A DNA stretch of 51,472 nucleotides, filler included, from Sphacelaria rigidula (taxonomy: Eukaryota), in the NCBI GenBank assembly GCA_964200075.2. It is 4 parts of 4 records of this genome, joined end to end, with 100 filler letters (N's around TTAATTAATTAA, not from the genome) between each part and the next. Parts side by side here need not be neighbours in the genome. Positions count along the whole stretch, not along the records: positions 12,895 to 25,688 come from CAXNAA020003413.1; positions 25,789 to 38,580 come from CAXNAA020003414.1; 2 more parts are not named here. One strand, given 5' to 3'. Below are positions 24,061-36,354 of the stretch, piece after piece (position 1 is the first letter of the stretch; every line of letters begins with the position of its first letter). The translations under genes and the position numbers were made by a program. The notes beneath the pieces were generated by a model. It ran no database searches, was not told the DNA's origin, and saw only the letters and a program-made list of their open reading frames with translations.

Positions 24061-25537
24061 GATGTTGAAAGTGACTGCCTGTACACTGTACATACTGAGA
24101 ATTGCGAAAAATTGACGTTGAAGATGTTGATCTGGACAGAGATATTGTAACCAGACCGTGCCCAAACGGCTGACAAGATGGGATTCCTTCCACTCATGCC
24201 ATGACCCTGACCCCATGGGGCCCATTATATATTCACTCTCCAATCCCGCAGTCATAGCTGTGTGTAGGACATGCAGCGCGTAGCCAATCCAGACAGCGTG
24301 AACCTCTTGATCGTCAACATCATCAGCATCGTTCTCATAGTTTTCGGATGCGCGACGCTGCTGCTCATGATCTCCAAATTTCCGTACTTTCTCGTTCTAG
24401 CACTATGTCAGGCACGCCTTTCACTGCAGTTACGTTGGTGTGTAGCGGCCACAACAGGTGTTGTTCGTGCTCTTGTCTTGTTATCTTCGCAATGATGACG
24501 GTAAACGTAGGGTGGTAGCCCGGGGGCGTGTGCTTCCCGGCTGGTACCGACAGAGGCAGGACACTGGCTAGTGCAACAAGATTGTCCATCTACTGATGTG
24601 GAGCGAGCTTTCCGGAGCAACAAAATCACCTCAACACCGACCACTCCCAGGCTTGAATAGATGTACTAGAAATATGGTTCATTTCTCAGACCACTTCGTA
24701 TTGCGGTCGAAAAAACGTATCTGTGCGCAAATCAGGGGACCTCACATCCGGAAACGCATTGTATGGACCCCAATTTGGTCCAAATCAGGGAAGCTAAGAT
24801 TCGTTTGTCACGAATTGAGAACGGTTTTACACGAATCTGAGCCCAGATTCGTGTAAATTCGAGGTCCCCCGAATCCATAGCAACTGACATACGTATGTTG
24901 CCGTACAGTGATAGGGCAACGGGCGTTTGGTATTTTTGCAACAACAGCAGCAGACAGTCTCGTGACAGCACAGACGGTGCGTGCGAGCGCCGGCTGCTGA
25001 AACAGCTCCGCACGGGGTTTGACAAGCGGATAAGAAGTGTTGACGCCGTACCTGCGGTGATGGCAAATTTTTATGCTGCACTGTACTGCTGTATGTATCA
25101 TCATGACGAACGGTACTGTACAATCCTACACTCTGCTGTCGCGGTACTTTTTGATGAATGACACTGCACTCGTGAACTCTTGTCGCACACTGTGCACTGT
25201 TCTCGCAATGCCGACTGTACCATTATGTGTTACCACAGGGCGAATGTGCAGTATACTTCCCAACATTATATCCTAGGGTACCATTACGACGCTGCTCTTG
25301 AAGGATGATTTCCTGCTTCCCTGTTCTTTGGCGTCACTGTGATACCACACCCGCCCAAAAAATGATCGTTCGTGTACAGAACAATTTCCAGAAATCCGAA
25401 TCTGAGTTTCACGAATCTGGGTCTCCCCGATTTGACACAGATTCGGGTCCCGCCAGATTCCGGATTGGCTGTCATACAAAGTGGTCTCATAAGCGAAATC
25501 GTCATTTGTAGGTGACGCTTGTATTTTCCGTTGATAT

Positions 25538-25688
25538 GAGTCATCCTACGATAGGGAGGGGGGTATTTTGGGCCATTAGTTGCTCGAAATTTCGAGTCAG
25601 ATCGCCGTTGAAAGCAGCAACGGTTGTTCCAACAAGCTTGGTGTGGATCAATAACGCTCATCCATACTGCCTGACACCGTTTGGAACA
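25538..25688. mobile_element. Terminus of a GAG-ended TIR element, truncated by the contig end
   Basis: GAGTCATCCTACGATAGGGAGGGGGGTATTTTGG; the same terminus as 12723. Confidence 0.6.
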
Positions 25689-25788
25689 NNNNNNNNNNNN
25701 NNNNNNNNNNNNNNNNNNNNNNNNNNNNNNNNTTAATTAATTAANNNNNNNNNNNNNNNNNNNNNNNNNNNNNNNNNNNNNNNNNNNN
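25689..25788. other. Artificial contig-joining spacer
   Basis: Same 100-bp N/TTAATTAATTAA/N pattern. Confidence 0.98.
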
Positions 25789-26195
25789 AAAACGCCGTTT
25801 TGGTACTAAAATCAAGAAGTTTGCGGTTTGACCGCGGTACGGCAAACTTCATCGCACAAAGGCCAAAACCTTCACGCCGTTTCAAGGAGTTAGACTCTGG
25901 ATTTTTGCACAACTGTGCTTTGCGACATTACGCAACTTTGCAGCAACGGGGTTTTTCGATTCTTTCTTTTGCTACCGTTTTACGGGGGTCCGATTGGGTC
26001 GAGGTTTCGTTTCCCCCAAAAACTGGGACCCCCGAAAAACGGTGAAAAAGTAAAAAAAAATCGAAAAAAACCGTTCCTGCAAAGTTGCGTAATGAACCAT
26101 AGAACATTTGTGCAAAATTTCAGGGTCTAACTCCTTAAAACGGCGTGAATTTTTGCCGATGAGTGTTTTTTGGGTGATATGCGTGAACCACCCTG
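25789..26195. mobile_element. Right part of a Tc1/mariner-type element related to 6071-7277, with an internal palindrome
   Basis: Ends ...GCGTGAACCACCCTG|TA. Palindrome ~25870-26148 (ttcacgccgttt.aaggagttagac.ctg ... cagggtctaactccttaaaacggcgtgaa). Confidence 0.7.
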
Positions 26196-26943
26196 TAGCA
26201 GATCATGCAACTTGCTCTGACGATCTGACTCCACTCCGGGTTTTAATCGAATATTTTGCTCCTCTTCCCTTGATTGAACAGCACGCTCTGCAGGGGTTCC
26301 ATGATCATGAAACATACCCACCCGTTGACACCGCACGCCGATGCCACGACCTCCAGCTCTTCTTGCCCATTTGGATAGAGGTCCGAACCGATTTTGATCA
26401 TCATTGCGGCCAGTTCTTTAAGGGTGCACGTGCCACACGCTTCCGTACACGTCGCCTGCAATACCGTACCGTGCCGTGCAATGCCGTGCGGGGAACATTT
26501 TTTCATCGGCGGATGAACTGAAAAACACAATAAATTGACGTCTTCCTCTCTTGTCTACACCGCTACTTGTCCCTTTGACTGTAGAGAGTCGGGGGTGTTC
26601 ACCTGGAGGAGGATTCGTACATGACGATCGAGTCCCACAACGTCGACGTTGGGGACACGCGTTAACTTAACCCTTTTGGAACTCGCGGGAAACAGGGCAA
26701 ACTCCCACATGCGAGCTTTCGTCACCGGGAAAAGGTCACTTCGAGTTCGGTGCACGAATGTGTCACATTAGTACACTTGAACTTAAACTGGTGCACCGTT
26801 TCGGTGGGCCGTATCAACAGTTGCAGAAAAACACCATATCTTGCCCAAGAAAACGTCAATTGCAATTCGTCATTTTTCCATCAACGGCTCCAAAAGGGTT
26901 ACAAGTGTCTTGTTCTATACGCACACTACTTGCGCGATTAAAA

Positions 26944-27362
26944 CACGCGATTTTACAAATTGGAGATGGATTTTATATTGGGGATGAGAACCCGGAGAAT
27001 TAAAATCTTCGTTTTCACACCAAGTCTTCGAAATATGGTTCCATTTCTTCACTTGCTGGTAGCTATTAACAACTACTACACGCCATACAAATTTGGATTC
27101 CGATAACCGAAATGTTGAGGTCCTGGTTGAAAACTCAATTTTGGGTTCGATCGGATCACCAAAATTCCCCATTTTTTTTCTTTACCTAGGACCCCCGCAT
27201 TTCGGTTATCGAAATCCAAAGATGTATGACGTGTAGCAGTTGTCAATAGCTACCAGCAAGGGAAGAAATGGAACCATATTTCGAATATTTGGTGCGGATG
27301 CGGAGACTTTAATTCTCTGGGTTCTCATCCCCATTAAAAAAACCATCCCCAATTTGTAAAAT
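26944..27362. mobile_element. Fold-back element family F1, second copy
   Basis: Same arms as 22394-22833 (ggagaattaaaatcttcg...cttcgaaatatggttccatttcttcac...ccgaaatgttgaggtcct); the right end is degraded. Confidence 0.8.
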
Positions 27363-28047
27363 GACATTTCAAAGGGTTAACAAACGTTCGGAATATGTGG
27401 CTACCGACACGAGACGTGTTGCGCATGCGTTGTACAGTGCTGTCTCAACTTTCCATTCATCCCCCCAACGAACACACGGATACACGAATCACAAGGAGGG
27501 ACGAACGCTGCGTTGGAGTTCCTACAGCATATATGTGTAAGTCAGTTGTTTCGGCAAGTAAGAGCGTCGTTCACTGTGTGTGCAGGTTCGCGCGAAACCA
27601 GACACGGAACGCACGCATGAAAAAAAAAATGAAATTTGGATATTCCTATGCGTGTAGTTCTATCCCGACATCCGTCAAGTCCAACGAAGGGTCAGTGCCT
27701 GCGACAGCTCTGCGGTTACACGTGAAAATTACGCCGCAGTACGCCAGACGTACAATGCCCAAAAGTCACACACAGGTGACTCATACTCTGAATTTTACGG
27801 TACTAGGTGGGCACCAGCAGGGTGCCAAACGATTATGTTTCTGTAGTCTCAGATGGTAGCGGAATGGTGCCATCTTTCTCGTCAAATACCCCAAGTTCAA
27901 GCTATCGAATAGTCCTTCAAAACGCTGATCTATATGCTAAAGCTGACTCGCTAAGTTGATGTACAGCGCTAACTCAATATCGTCATTGTTCATTATGGAC
28001 GTTTGCGCGCGCGCGCATGTGTGTGTGTTTCATCACACGGGACGTAC

Positions 28048-31000
28048 CCTGAAGGTGATATCAATGTCCGAAGCGACGTGAGGAGAGAGGGTGCTGCTCC
28101 CGGGGCCAGAAAAGAGTGCGTCCTGCTCGTCTTTTACTCCTTTCATGTAGACATCACGAACGCGTTCCAACAGGAGAACGACTTCCATGGCGTTTATCAT
28201 ACGCTTCAGTTCCTCGTTCTTCGCAAAATGAAAAACCAGCTACATCGTACGGGTGCGGACGGGGAAGCGGGATTGCAGGGGAGATGATCAGGCGTCGGGC
28301 ATCTTTTACGGGTACTGGTGCTGGGGCATGCCTAATAACTTGTGGAGAGTAGCTCAGTGTCTCAGTGTCTCAGATGTATCGCGCAATACGAATACCTAAA
28401 CGCGAACGAAAACCTTTTAGACCCGGGTGAACATTGCCAGCAGCTTTATATTGGTTATACAGATGATATCAGACGTCAGCTGTGCTGCCGTTAATTCTTT
28501 ATTTTCCGCAACACACATACATTCTACCATCATAAGGGGACGAGGCGGGGGCAGGTATGTGCCAGGCAATACCAAGGGTAGAGGCACGAACTTGGCTTTG
28601 ACGAAGCCAAATTATTGAGACGTCAAAACAACAAACTGTACAACTTCCCTCCACCGTTTTTCTGAGTTATTTTTTCATTGATTATCCATACAAGAGTAAA
28701 GTCATGTCCGACCGAGGCAAATGTACGCCAGATCTGAAAGGAAGTGTCGGGAAAATGGAGGGGAAATAAGACCTCTTCATCTCCGATATTTTCTAGAATA
28801 AGAACGGGAGTAGACATCAACAATCGCGAAATGTGACAGGCATAACTCTCTCCTGAATAAAAAGACGCTGAATTACACGTGGCTACCAGTACCTGCATAA
28901 TATATTCCAAGGATAAGGGCTGGTTCCAATGTACCACACGCGTCCGCGCGAGATCTTGCAGCAGAGCGTGAGTGTAGGCGTCATCCTGGATGCCGGGGTT
29001 ATTCAACAAGCCCCGAATAGTCAACAGATCCGCGCCGTGCGCTCCGAGGTGACTCGCGAACGCTTGAAACTCAAACACGTCTTCGAGGCTGTACGGGCCG
29101 AAGCGTTCTCCGCTGGAGCCGGACAAACCCACCGTGGCTTCTTGTCTCCTCTGCTGCGTCTGTTGCATTGCGTTCAGGTTGAATCTCTGGGCTCGACGAT
29201 ACCGTTCGTTGTGCCTGATGGCGGATTTTCGCGCTGCCGAGCGTTTTTCCCGAACTCTCTTTTCCAAGGCGGTATTGATGGTGCTTACCTGCCCCGCCCC
29301 CGCTCTCTCCTCGTCAGTCGGATCCTTTGCAGTGTTGGCTCCCCCGTGCACAAGTCGTTCGAATCGCGACAACACAGTTCGCACGCGGTCTGAAAGTATG
29401 CCGATCGTCGGCTGCCGCCGCACGCAGAACAATCCCTTCCCTCCCTGCTCCGGTTTTCCCGCGGCACCCACAGTTGATGTGTCATCACGTCTACCAATAT
29501 CAGTATTACCGCTACTGCTATATTGGTCGCCATTGCCATCACGACTGTTGTTATTGTTACTGGTGTTGTTGGTGTTGTTGGTGTTGTTAGTGCTGTTGGT
29601 CGTGGTGGTCGTGGTGGTCGTGGTGGTTCTGGTGGTTGTAGTGGTCATGGCTTGATTCTGCTCAGAGGAGGCCATACCTTGTGCATTGTCTTCCTCAATC
29701 TGACAAACTTTATGTAAGATCCGATTGATGCGCCGGTGCCGGCGGTCGGCTTGTATGGTGAGGCGAAAGTCATTACCAACGGCGGCAACCGACGTCGACG
29801 ACCCCACACGCGCGTAAATGCCTGTCGGTAATCGAGACAAAGGCTCGTTCTCCGCAGGTCCCGCCCTGACCGTACCGCCCTTTTCTCCCGCAACGAGGGG
29901 CGTTGGGCCGCTCGAGCAAATTTTCAACCTCGCGAGAGGTGAAACCTTGACCACGGCGCCACGAAGCGTCGGGGCAGAGGAACCAAAGCGCAGGTCGATG
30001 CCATCATCGGTTGTCCTAGCCGCCTTGCTTGCCATGTTATTCTCCTCGTTACCAGGCCTCTCGGTGATTGATGTTCNNNNNNNNNNCGCTCTGCCAATCT
30101 CATCCCTGGACCGGTGCGCGGACGATCGGGTAGTGCTCTGCATGGATTGCTCACAGTGGCAATCCCTGGCGTTTCTGTCCCTGGCGGTCTGTGTCGAGAC
30201 TGACCAAGTGGGAAGAATTCTCCCGTGATAGCACCGTGCCCGATCCCTTCCGTTTGGTCAATTCCGTGCCGGAGATACTGCAGGGTGGATCGCGTCCTCT
30301 TCACTTGCTTCCGCTGCTGCTCAGCATGGAGGTTCGGCGGAGTTTTATGAGGAAGTGTCTCCGACCCGCCGGCTCGCTGCCACTCAGTCGCCCCGCCACC
30401 GTTGCCCATACGCCCGGCTCCGCGCACCGGGGCAGCTTTGGCGGTCGACGGTCTGACTGAAGACGCCCCGTTATGCGGCGCGTGGTACTTCTGACCCTCG
30501 CGGGCCTCGCTCATCAGTCTTGCGTCAATACTTTCCTGCGGCGCACGGGTGTCATTTTGGCCATCGCCATGTCTGCTACTCTGCGTCCCGGAATCTTCGG
30601 ACGGGGCGTTACCGACGGGGTGTGTAATTTCTCTAATTTTTGACAGACAAGCTGCAGAAAGCGCTGCACGCTCACCGTCAAGTCGCCCTGGCCTTCCTTG
30701 ACCTACGTCGGCTGAATGGCCCCCGTATTTCGCCGCCGATCCGGTCTCAGCCTGTCCCCCGCCAACAGTGTTTGTCGAATCTCGGTTATCTCGGGGACTA
30801 GTGTCACCCGAGGGTAACACGGAGTCATTGGCAGGAGCATGTGTTGCCGAAACCGGGAATTTGTCACCACGTACTACTGTGAAGACTTGTGCATTCGTTC
30901 CGGGGTTTTTTTCTCCACGGTTTTCGGCCTTAGCATGATGCTGCGTTCGGCGGAAAATGTTCAGTATTTCACGCAGGGTAGCGGCGCGCGCGACGGCTTT

Positions 31001-34000
31001 CCTCTGGCGTCCCTTGATGGGGGGGTTGAAAAACCACGGTGCTGTCTCAGCCTTGTTCTGGTCTATCAATACCCCTAACTGCGATCCATCTAGCGCACAC
31101 ACGCGCGCCGAACCGTCTGATGATCCGGTAGCTATAGATGAAGGTTCAAGGATAATCTACGAAATCGCATACGAGTCGATGGCGGCGGTAGAGGGAAGGG
31201 TGGGCGGTGGTTTACCGTGTGTATGATCTCTGAGCCTAGATTGAGTGCTAAGTATAGTTTTCACTCTCGTGTGGTGAGGCACTGGGGCTTCCTCTCACAC
31301 TGCCGCCTCGAGCGAAAATCGAGTTATTCGGGAAGCAGGAGCGGTCTCATGGCACTCACCTGGAGTGATATAACGCTGCTGCTGTGTGGTGCCCACGACG
31401 CGAAAGGCTCTGTGACATCGACCTGGGCGTTGAGCGCTACCTCCACTTCTGCGTAGATGTCGCCCGCCTCCGAGGTTTTTGCCAGATAATGGCGACCTCC
31501 TTGAGGTCCTCGTTCTGGCGAGGTACGCGTAGATACTCGGGATACCAATGCGCTGGCGCCGCCGATTTGTTCATCGACGCCACCCAGGGCTCGCTGGGTG
31601 GCCCCTGAAGAAGCCAGGGGTGTTCGCCGGGTTTTGCTATAGACTTCTACATTGTCATTGTCACTGACACCAAGTTCGCGGCATAAGGACGGGTCGGATC
31701 CCACTCCGGAATGCCTACTTCCTGCACGGACGGAGGCGTGGTTACTGATACGCTCAGCGTCGTCCCGTTGCGGGAGTTTATTCGCAACTTCCTCCGTCTG
31801 TGTCGACGGCAGGTGTCCGCCTTCCCGCAGAATCTTAGCAATGTTGATCAGCTCTCTGAATCGGGTGGCCGTGTGAAGGCTGATTCCATCCAGCGGGCTT
31901 TCCCGATGGTGAACGAATTGGTGCGATCTTTTTTTGTCACCGTCCCCCCCCAGCGTCGCCGTGCTCTTCGCGGATGTGGCGGTGGTTGCGTCGACCTCGC
32001 TCAGAGCTGCATCGTAGGCTGCTACACCAAGCTTGTCGATGAGAATGCAGGTGACGTCCCATAGCTTTATGAAGCCCTTCTCGTCTCCTGTGAATATCGT
32101 ACTCCGTGGACCGTTACGTGCTAAAACGTTCCCTCCCACGGGCGACGGACCATGTTCTGAATGAAGATCTGATACCGGACGCATAGGCGTGTCACTGGCT
32201 TTTACTCTGCTGGGTGATCCCTGGTCATCTTGTTTCTCACCGTGGTGGCGTGATGGTAGAGCCGTGGCGGTGCGACCGCTTCTCGAGTGGGAAAATGCGA
32301 TAGAAGTTATCGGCGTCGGCAGCACTTTCCGCTGCGGCTGGTCGCACCGCAAGGTCTCACGTCCGCCTTTCTGTACATCCGTCGTGATAACACTATTGCG
32401 AATAACCGCCAGGAGACACCCGGCGCTAGGGTGCGGACGAGTAGCCCATATGAGAACTTTTCCACCCATGTCTGCCGTGGCGAAGCACGGCAGTGGATCC
32501 AGGAAGGACGCGCAGCTGATTTCTTGGCGATGCACCACGATTATCTCCTCCAGACGCAGTAAAGAGTAGTCCCATAACTGCAGTACAGTGACACCCCGGT
32601 TGTGTAATATTCTCGGTGAGATAGCGCTGTGGACTGTCAACTCCATGGAAAAGAGGAGTGTGCCAACGAGTTAGGCCGACAAGTACCAGTCAAATTGCGA
32701 GTTTTTTTTGGTATGGCGCAATAAGTATCTTCACCCCTAATCGATATCTCGAACTTTGTTTCGAATTACAGGTTGCGTATGGTGGTGTTCGATATACGAC
32801 GGACATTTCTTGTACCGCTTCTTTTCTGTACAGTACATTGCCTGCTTTAGCATGGGGGTTGCAGAACGAGCGCGAAGAAGCACTTTGATGGTGGATCAAT
32901 GTCGTTCGGTTTGCACACACATAACAGCCTCTTGCACTTCAAGTCGAAACGGAGAGCACATATCTCACTCGCACGGTAAGGTCGCTGGATGCCGTCGCCA
33001 GAAGTCCAAGCTTCGCGGACGCGGCTATTGAGCTGATATCTCCGTCGTGCGCCCCCTCGACAGACCTCAAGAGCTTGGCGCTTTGAGACGGTCTAGAATG
33101 GCAACCCTTCTCTTTGTCCACTGTCTGCTGCCAGTAACCAGCAGCAGCGGCAGATTCAGATGTACGAACCGTGGCATCGTGCACCTGTATCTTCCGGTCC
33201 CATCCAGCGCTGATAAAGGTGCTGTCCTCGTCCATGAAAAGCAGCGCAGACACCTCCGAACGGTGTGGAGTCGCCGACATGACCCATCGACCCGTCACGC
33301 CGTCGTACAAGCGGAGTTGGCCCCTTTGGTCGCCCACCACCGCTTTCTTGTGGCGGGAGTCGAGGCAAAATGCCGTGATATCACACCCAGGAGGTTGCTG
33401 GAAACACCGCCGTACGATTTGCCCGTTCGAGGCATCTAGGAAAACGGCTTCCCTCAGGAGAACACAGATCTCTCCGGTGTACGGGGAGAACCACGCGCCT
33501 CCGGGAGTCGCCGCGACCTTCATACTTTGCTCAGCTCGGAACATGTGCATCTTGCTCCCTGCCGCTATCAAGCCCTCTCGCCAGGGTATCACCATTGTAC
33601 GCGGCGCAGCTCGAGAGTTGCCAATCGAGAATGTCTGTAGGCATGTGCCATGGGCTGAGGGCCCACGTCGGATTTCCCACAGGCGAAACGATCCACCTTC
33701 ATCTCCAGTCACCGCGCGTTGTTTTTCGTGGTGTACGATGGCAACCCCGATAAGTGGACGGCGGTGCCCTTCGAGCTTCATGTGCAAATGGCTCGTGCTG
33801 CGTTCCCAGCAAAAAGCTTCGTAGTCAAACCCCGCCGATATGATTAGGTCATGCTCGTCCGAGTAGGCAAGTGATAGAACTCCGTGGTAGTGTCCCGTTA
33901 AAATAAACAACTGTTTGTCATGAGTGACACGATTTAGCGACGCCGAGAGATAACACGGAAATCGAGCTTAGAATGACGATATTAACATACTATCAAATGT

Positions 34001-36354
34001 GGGATGAACAGGAGAGCTACGGCACCCTTTCGTCTCGCGATATACACATGCAAGTCTCTTGATACTGTGGACGAATTGTTGTTTTACCAGCTATTGTAGT
34101 TTCTGGGTTTCATCCATGCGCGCACGGCCAATCTTGGAAGGAACATGATGATCACCCCACCCGTCATCACCAATTCTTATCTTCAGTACGCAACAGCACG
34201 TACGGTGTCAACAACCGGGGACGTCTTACCTTCTTTGGCACCCGGGCTTGCCCATAGGATCCGCGTCGCAGATCCCACACAACGACTTTCCCATCCATTC
34301 CAGCAGTTGCTGAATAATATAGAAACAACGGGGAATGCATGGCAACAGCTGATCTTAGTACCAAATAGCCTCTTACACCAGATGTAAAAGTCGGGGGGGC
34401 ACGGCGAGGGAAGCCTCAAGTCGCTGCCAACCCGAAGCACTACCGCAGTTGAATGTACCTGATTCACAACGTGTAGTACGAATACGTCCGCTTCAACCTC
34501 GTTGTCAGCACATGTATAAACTCGCGTGCCCCAAGTAGAGGGTCAACAAGTATCAGGAGAAGACGTTTTTGTAGTACGTTGTACCTATCATTGGTTCCCA
34601 CGCCCTCTCGTTTGGTTCCTGAGCGTTTTGATGAAGTGGCAACGCCACCTCGCGCACGTCTTTGACGGGGTCGCTGTGCCCATCATTCAGTACGTGCACA
34701 ACCTTAAACTCATCCAAATCCCATACGAGAATCTCGTGGTTGAAGTCGTCAACACCCCAGGACGCAAGAAGCCCCAGCGCCGGGCAGAAACGCAGGCCCA
34801 CTTGAACGTCTCTCAAACGGACGGAGCGGAGCATCCTACATTTCTCCACGTCCCACGACGTGAGGTAACCATCGGCACAGCTGACGACGGCCTGGTTTTC
34901 CTGCCCAACGAACTCTGCCGCCAGGGCTGCTGTGTTCTCCTGCTTCGAATTACGCCGACGAACGAAGCATACTCGGTTGTCGTGCATAAAGTTACGGCTC
35001 CAGAACAGTTTTGTTGCCAGGTGCATTGGTGGAGCGAGCGGATCCGCAGCATCTCTATTGGTTGGTTTTATTACGAGTAGCGCAAATGATTATCCACCAT
35101 GTCTCACCTCAGTGCCTCTTGCTCCACCGCCTCCTGGTGTCCCGCCTCTTTTCCCGGCACCGTGGCTTCTTCCTGCCGGTCTCAGGCGTACCGATCTGGA
35201 TTTGCTTTCGAAAAAATGCCTTTTCATGGCTAGAGCCGGTTCTATCTCTCCTACTCTATGAGGCCCTGCACGGTAGATCTTTATAATCGGTCCCCCTTCG
35301 ACCACCATGAGAAGTTGGAGCTCCTTGTTGAACCGCATGCTCCGGATCTGTATGCATTTCAGAGTGCCAATCAGTTGAGTACATTGTCGGCTGCCTTGTA
35401 TGCGGGAGCGTAGTCGAGGAAGAGATGACACGTCAAAAGCCACGTGATGAAGATTCAATGTGTAATGCGACCCCAGCAAGACATCCCATGGTGGTGAATA
35501 CATTTTTTAATGGGGATTTGGTGATGCTGTCGGTACGCTGGAGATTATGGTGGTCGGTGGGTGGAGATTGATATGCCGCCGTAAGATAAACCACTACCAT
35601 GTTCAGAAAGCAGGCGTTTGATCTCTAAATAAATAAGCTCTCGCTGGTTCAGAAGTTTAATATCTGCATATCGCACAGCTCTCCCTCTCTTTATTTCTTT
35701 CCCTCTCTGTCCCTCTCTCCCTCTGAGCTCAATAGCAAAACGCACGCGCTCGCGCACTTACACATGCATATACGCACAAACCTCGTGGCAATGAGAACTA
35801 CGGTCGATGTACCCCAGCCTCTCCGTAAAACGAGTGACATCGTTTTCCTCATCGTCATGCCGGCTGCCCCCCCCTGAACAAGCACCTTTGTTGTCACTAC
35901 CGCCCTCTGATCCTTGATGGCCTCCTCCTGCAACGTCCCCCGCTCCTCCCCTCATGTAGACGCAAAAGTCTGTGAAATCCATCCAATCAATAACGCCCGC
36001 GCCATCAATATCGACAAGATCAAACAAGATGCACAAGCTCTCCACGAACTGTTGGCCTTGACTATCGGGACTTCCGTGATACCCTCTTATCCCCATGAGT
36101 GCAGCAGGTCTCTGTTGACCACTGTCACTGCCACCCAAGAGACAAGCACGGTAAATCTCTGTGACAAAAGTTTCAAGTGACAAATGAGATAACCGTCCCT
36201 TGCGCCTCGCGTTGAAAACGGGGGAAGTGCCTTGGGCATTGCCGTTCCCGGTAGTATCGCCAACGACATCTCCTTGGGACCGGGAATGTCGCAGACCACG
36301 GGCTCCGTAAAGCCTAGACAGCACTTCCCCGTTCAGCAGCCATATAATGTCCAT
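28048..36354 (-). CDS. Large EF-hand + WD40-repeat protein (WDR49/WDR64-like architecture): exons 35782..36354, 35108..35347, 34585..34939, 34230..34348, 32969..33910, 31360..32577, 28893..31156 (spans a 10-N gap), 28048..28239; final exon not resolved
   Basis: ATG at 36354 (MDIIWLLN...). EF-hand loop LFDLVDIDGAGVIDWMDF in exon 1. Many WD repeats follow (GHYHGVLSLAYS...SAGFDYEAFCWE, GHRRPLIGV...TGDEGGSFRLWE, SAGWDRKIQVHD, AHDGDISSI...TASSDLTVR|LWD). Exon phases are mutually consistent. The exon 4 acceptor could alternatively be at 34369. Confidence 0.85.
29545..29646 (-). repeat. Coding trinucleotide repeats (poly-Thr / Asn-Thr tract) in the WD40 gene
   Basis: Encodes TTTTTRTTTTTTTTTTNSTNNTNNTNNTSNNNN. 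Confidence 0.85.
30077..30086. other. Intra-scaffold gap (10 N) inside an exon of the WD40 gene
   Basis: Ten Ns. The reading frame differs on either side, so 10 is probably a placeholder length. Confidence 0.9.

Noticed and set aside
24700..25480. GAATC/GATTC-rich related segments at ~24830-24895 and ~25408-25478
   Set aside because: Probably decayed transposon subterminal repeats; termini and TSD could not be defined, so not called as a feature.
26243..27700. Candidate terminal exons of the WD40 gene (ALTLRWT* near 27675-27698; ATCTEACG... near 26243-26455)
   Set aside because: Both have phase-compatible acceptors, but there is no homology cue to choose between them; left unresolved.
29924..30143. 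Apparent frameshift or overlapping ORFs in the WD40 gene
   Set aside because: The frame change coincides with the 10-N gap of unknown true size; it is not evidence of a pseudogene or recoding.
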